In this document: positions 60,553-64,000 of the stretch, piece by piece | How the letters are laid out: each line of letters begins with the position of its first letter | Numbering within the stretch: the first letter of the stretch is position 1 | Assembly: GCA_963720105.1 (NCBI GenBank) | Contig: CAVREL010000055.1 | Span: 32,903 to 96,902 of the forward strand | Length of the DNA: 64,000 bases | From: an uncultured Acidobacteriota bacterium | GTDB lineage: Bacteria > Acidobacteriota > Terriglobia > Terriglobales > Acidobacteriaceae | Direction: 5' to 3' | Program-made: the position numbers and the translations under genes | Notes under the pieces: model-generated | What the model was told of the DNA's origin: nothing | The model's database searches: none | The model's input: only the letters and a program-made list of their open reading frames with translations

Positions 60553-63102
60553 AAGGTCTATGAGGATCAGGGCCGCTTCGCCGAGGTCGAGGCTGCAACC
60601 AAGCGGGCGCTCGCGATCCGCGAGCAGGCGCTGGGTCCAGACCATCCCGACGTGGCCGCAAGCCTCAACAACCTGGCGCATGTCTACGAGCGGGTCGGCC
60701 GCTATGCCGACGCCGACGGCCTGTTTCAGCGCGCCATCGAGATTTGGGAGAAGGCGCTTGGTCCAAATAATCCGCTTCTCGCCACGTCCCTGCTCAACCT
60801 TGCGAGCGTTTACGCGGACGAAGGCCGGTTCGACGAGGCGGAAGCCCTTTACAAACGCTCGCTCGGCATCCGGGAGGCGGTGTTCGGCTCGAACAGCACC
60901 AGCGTCGCCACCGTTCTCAACAATCTCGCGGCCATCTATGAATCCGAGGAGCGCTACAGCGACGTCGAAACATTCTCCCAGCGCGCGCTCGCCATTGTCG
61001 AGAAGTCGCTCGGCCCGGAGAATCCCGACACCGCCAAGGTGCTTCGCAAACTCGGCGTCGCCTATGACGGGGAGCACCGATACGCCGCGGCGGAAATGCA
61101 GTTCAATCGCGCGCTTGCCATCTTCACCAAGGCATTCGGGCCAAGCCACCGCTTCATTGCCACGGTGCTGATCAGCGAAGGCCATTTGTTCGAGCACCAG
61201 GGCCGCTACGGGGAGGCTGAACAAGCCTACAAACGCGCGCTCGCCATCAACGCGAAGACGCGCGGCGCAAACCATCCGGAAGTCGCGAGGGTTCTCCACG
61301 ATCTCGCTTTGTTGAGCATCTCGCGGAACAACCCGGCCGATGCGATCGCCTATTCCCGCCAGGCGACGGCAGCCATCCTGGCGCATGCCGGCGAGGGTGT
61401 ATCGCCGGGACGGTCGTCGAGCGGCGACTCGAACGATCTGATCGAACAGCGCGCAAGCCTGTTCGTCACGCACGTGGCGAGCCTGGCGGCGGCTGCGCGG
61501 GCTGGAATCGGTTCCACCCCGGCGCTCGGCCGGGAGGCGTTCGATATCGCGCAATGGGCAAACCAGTCGTCGGCCGCCGCGGCGCTCCAGCAATTGGGGC
61601 CCCGGTTCGCCTCGGGTAACGATGCGCTTGCCGCGCTCGTGCGCACGAACCAGGACCTGTCAGCCTATTTGCACGACCGCGACAGGGCATTGGTCGCGGC
61701 ACTGTCGCGCCCGGATGGGCCGTCGAATACGACTGAGATCGACGAGATCCGCAAGAGTATCGCCGATACCGAGAGCAAGCTCGCGGCCAACTCGGCGCAG
61801 CTGCAAAAGCAATTTCCCGAATATGCGGCCCTGACCACCCCGAAACCGTTGCAGGTCGAGGACGCACAGAAGCTGCTGGGATCCGACGAGGCGCTGGTTT
61901 TTCTTCTGACCGGCAATCAAGAGAGCTACGTCTTTGCCCTGACGGCCGATGGCTTCGACTGGCACGCAATCCCGATCGGGGCAGACGAGCTTGCAGCTAA
62001 GATCGAGAAGTTCCGCGGCGGGCTCGACCTGAGCCGGCCTCGGCAGTTCGACCTCGAGCTTGCGTACCAATTGTTTGGCCTGCTGATGGCTCCGGTCGAC
62101 GCGCTTGTGAAGGACAAGCGCCATCTGCTCGTCGTGCCGTCGGGATCGCTGACGGCCTTGCCGTTTCACCTGCTGGTGACGGAAAAGCCGGCGGCGCCGG
62201 TGCCGCAGCTCAAAAGCCAGACCACGGAACAGGATGCCGCTCCCTATCGCGACGCGGCGTGGTTGATCAAGCGTCAGGCCGTCACCGTTCTGCCTTCGGT
62301 CGCGAGCTTGCGGACGCTGCGGTCGCTGGTTCGAAGTGAGCCGAGCACGAAGCCGATGATCGGATTTGGAGACCCGGTGTTCGACCCTGGCCCGGCGCCG
62401 GAGAACCACAGGGGCGCCGCGCATACCAGAGGGGGATTGAGATCCTACGCCGACTACTGGCGGGGCGCCGGTATCGATCGCTCGCTGCTTGCCTCGGCGC
62501 TGCCCAGTCTTCCCGACACCGCAGATGAACTCAAGGCCGTTGCATTGGAGCTTGGCGCGTCGTCGTCCGACATCCATCTCGGTCGCGACGCCAGCGTGAC
62601 GACCGTGAAGCACGCGCCGCTGGCCGAGTATCGCATCGTCTATTTCGCAACCCACGGTCTCGTCGCCGGCGACATCAAGGGTCTGGCGGAGCCGGCGCTG
62701 GTTCTCACTCTGCCCGCCAAGCCCACCTCGGACGATAACGGATTGTTGACGGCAAGCGAGGCCGCGCAACTCAAGCTCAACGCCGACTGGGTCGTGCTAT
62801 CGGCGTGCAACACGGTGGCGGGCGAAAAGCCCGGCGCCGAGGCTCTTTCCGGTCTCGCCCGTGCCTTCTTCTACGCGGGCGCGCGCGCGCTTTTAGTGTC
62901 GCATTGGTCGGTCGCCTCCGACGCGGCAACGCGATTGACCACATCGACCTTTACCGCGCTCAAGGCCGACCCAACGCTGGGGCGTGCCGAAGCCCTGCGG
63001 CGCGCCATGCTGAGCTATCTCAATGACAGGTCGTTGCCCGAAAACGCCTACCCGGCATTCTGGGGGCCGTTCTCGCTGGTCGGTGAGGGCGCCAAGCGAT
63101 AG
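60553..63102 (+). CDS. TPR-CHAT (caspase-like) protease, N-terminally truncated
   Basis: Kinesin-light-chain-type TPRs ([16 protein letters not shown]) and CHAT dyad FATHG / LSACNT. It begins mid-repeat. Confidence 0.9.
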   Translation, partial: KVYEDQGRFAEVEAATKRALAIREQALGPDHPDVAASLNNLAHVYERVGRYADADGLFQRAIEIWEKALGPNNPLLATSLLNLASVYADEGRFDEAEALYKRSLGIREAVFGSNSTSVATVLNNLAAIYESEERYSDVETFSQRALAIVEKSLGPENPDTAKVLRKLGVAYDGEHRYAAAEMQFNRALAIFTKAFGPSHRFIATVLISEGHLFEHQGRYGEAEQAYKRALAINAKTRGANHPEVARVLHDLALLSISRNNPADAIAYSRQATAAILAHAGEGVSPGRSSSGDSNDLIEQRASLFVTHVASLAAAARAGIGSTPALGREAFDIAQWANQSSAAAALQQLGPRFASGNDALAALVRTNQDLSAYLHDRDRALVAALSRPDGPSNTTEIDEIRKSIADTESKLAANSAQLQKQFPEYAALTTPKPLQVEDAQKLLGSDEALVFLLTGNQESYVFALTADGFDWHAIPIGADELAAKIEKFRGGLDLSRPRQFDLELAYQLFGLLMAPVDALVKDKRHLLVVPSGSLTALPFHLLVTEKPAAPVPQLKSQTTEQDAAPYRDAAWLIKRQAVTVLPSVASLRTLRSLVRSEPSTKPMIGFGDPVFDPGPAPENHRGAAHTRGGLRSYADYWRGAGIDRSLLASALPSLPDTADELKAVALELGASSSDIHLGRDASVTTVKHAPLAEYRIVYFATHGLVAGDIKGLAEPALVLTLPAKPTSDDNGLLTASEAAQLKLNADWVVLSACNTVAGEKPGAEALSGLARAFFYAGARALLVSHWSVASDAATRLTTSTFTALKADPTLGRAEALRRAMLSYLNDRSLPENAYPAFWGPFSLVGEGAKR

Positions 63103-63196
63103 GCCGCATACGATTTGCCGGGATTTCCGATGTCGAGAGCTCAAAGCGCGCGGCGGGGCCGGTGCGTGTGCGCAGAGGTCGGAAGTGCGCCGCGAC

Positions 63197-64000
63197 TTAG
63201 AAGTCGTAGCCCAACCCCACGCGGACCGTGTGGAACGACTTGCGCAGGTTGATCGTTGCCGTGCTGGAAGGCGAGCTGCAGCCGGTTGCGAGGACGCAAA
63301 CCGTGCTCACCGGGATGGTCTTGGTATAGCTGCCATAGTCCGTGTAGCGATATTCCACCCTTGCCTTCCATCCCGCCCAAACCACGGTCTCGACACCGAC
63401 GCCGACCGTTCCGCCGACCCTGTCGTCGGTCCAGTTTGCGGCGGCCGATGCCGTGCTGCCGGCAAGTATGGTGGTAGGTGCGGCAAATGTGGCTGGTGGA
63501 GTGAACGGGTAATGAACCGTGCCAAGGTAGGAGAACGAACCGCTGATTTCCCCGACTGCGATGCCGGCGGTGCCGTAGATCAGCGTCGAAGGGGTCACGA
63601 GCCGTCCGAAACGGACGCGAAGCGAGCTGTCCCAGCTCTGCTTGACCGAGCCCGCGAACATCTCGGATCGATAATTGAGGCAGGGTCCGTCGAAACAGAC
63701 GAAAGGCATATTTAAGTCGTAAGACGTTTCGCCCTTCTTCCACGACCAATCGGCCTCGACGCCGACCACATTCATCCCGAATTGCCAGCGGTATCCGATA
63801 AAGGGGCCGACGGTGTAGCTCAGCGGATGACCGCTGAACGCGAAAGGCGTTTCGGAGCAGCTCGCCCCGAACGGAAAATTGGCAGGGCAAACGTAAGCAC
63901 CGGGCTCGACGAAGTTGTTGTTCACCGAGCTGACGCCGTTGGAACCGCCGACCTGACCGCCGCTCCAATTGGAACTCGCCGTTTGTTCCGGCGCCGACCG
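63197..64000 (-). CDS. Omp25/RopB-like outer-membrane beta-barrel, runs off the right edge
   Basis: NWSGGQVG, GYRWQFG..VVGVEAD, RFGRLVTP..LIYGTAG, VEYRYTDYG and VRVGLGYDF. The frame is open to 64000. Confidence 0.88.
   Translation of the reverse strand, partial: RSAPEQTASSNWSGGQVGGSNGVSSVNNNFVEPGAYVCPANFPFGASCSETPFAFSGHPLSYTVGPFIGYRWQFGMNVVGVEADWSWKKGETSYDLNMPFVCFDGPCLNYRSEMFAGSVKQSWDSSLRVRFGRLVTPSTLIYGTAGIAVGEISGSFSYLGTVHYPFTPPATFAAPTTILAGSTASAAANWTDDRVGGTVGVGVETVVWAGWKARVEYRYTDYGSYTKTIPVSTVCVLATGCSSPSSTATINLRKSFHTVRVGLGYDF

Noticed and set aside
59864..61171. Full-length 435-aa PGM ORF or a real PGM-TPR fusion
   Set aside because: After about 60552 it reads the TPR gene out of frame. The two genes are in different frames.

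Overview
GC-rich bacterial chromosomal window. Gene content, small lineage-typical ORFs and repeat families point to an Acidobacteriota (Terriglobia-like) host, but this is inference from gene style, not a database result. About 55 CDS, mostly housekeeping or envelope genes: uvrA (with a +1 frameshift), ltaE, mrp/apbC, cobB, hom, sixA, ppx, an ECF sigma/anti-sigma pair, ArnT- and HpnI-like glycosyltransferases, dnaK-dnaJ-hspR, xylE, a GH3 glucosidase, an EF-P/EfpL, malic enzyme, hemW, mqnD, bioY and cutA. There are three toxin-antitoxin loci, two of them inside the dnaK-dnaJ-hspR cluster, and one tyrosine-recombinase + IS91-transposase element with 28-bp inverted ends. No rRNA, tRNA or CRISPR array was seen. 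The most unusual signal is non-coding: a dense, nested set of repeats. These include polar purine/pyrimidine 7-8-mer arrays with G-quadruplex geometry, several REP-like hairpin families (three copies inserted in frame inside proteins), a MITE nested in REPs, and two cassette-like loci where orphan genes sit between shared repeat arms. At about 60550 a phosphoglucomutase gene breaks off and joins mid-gene to a TPR-CHAT protease and an Omp25-like gene, probably a chimeric join.
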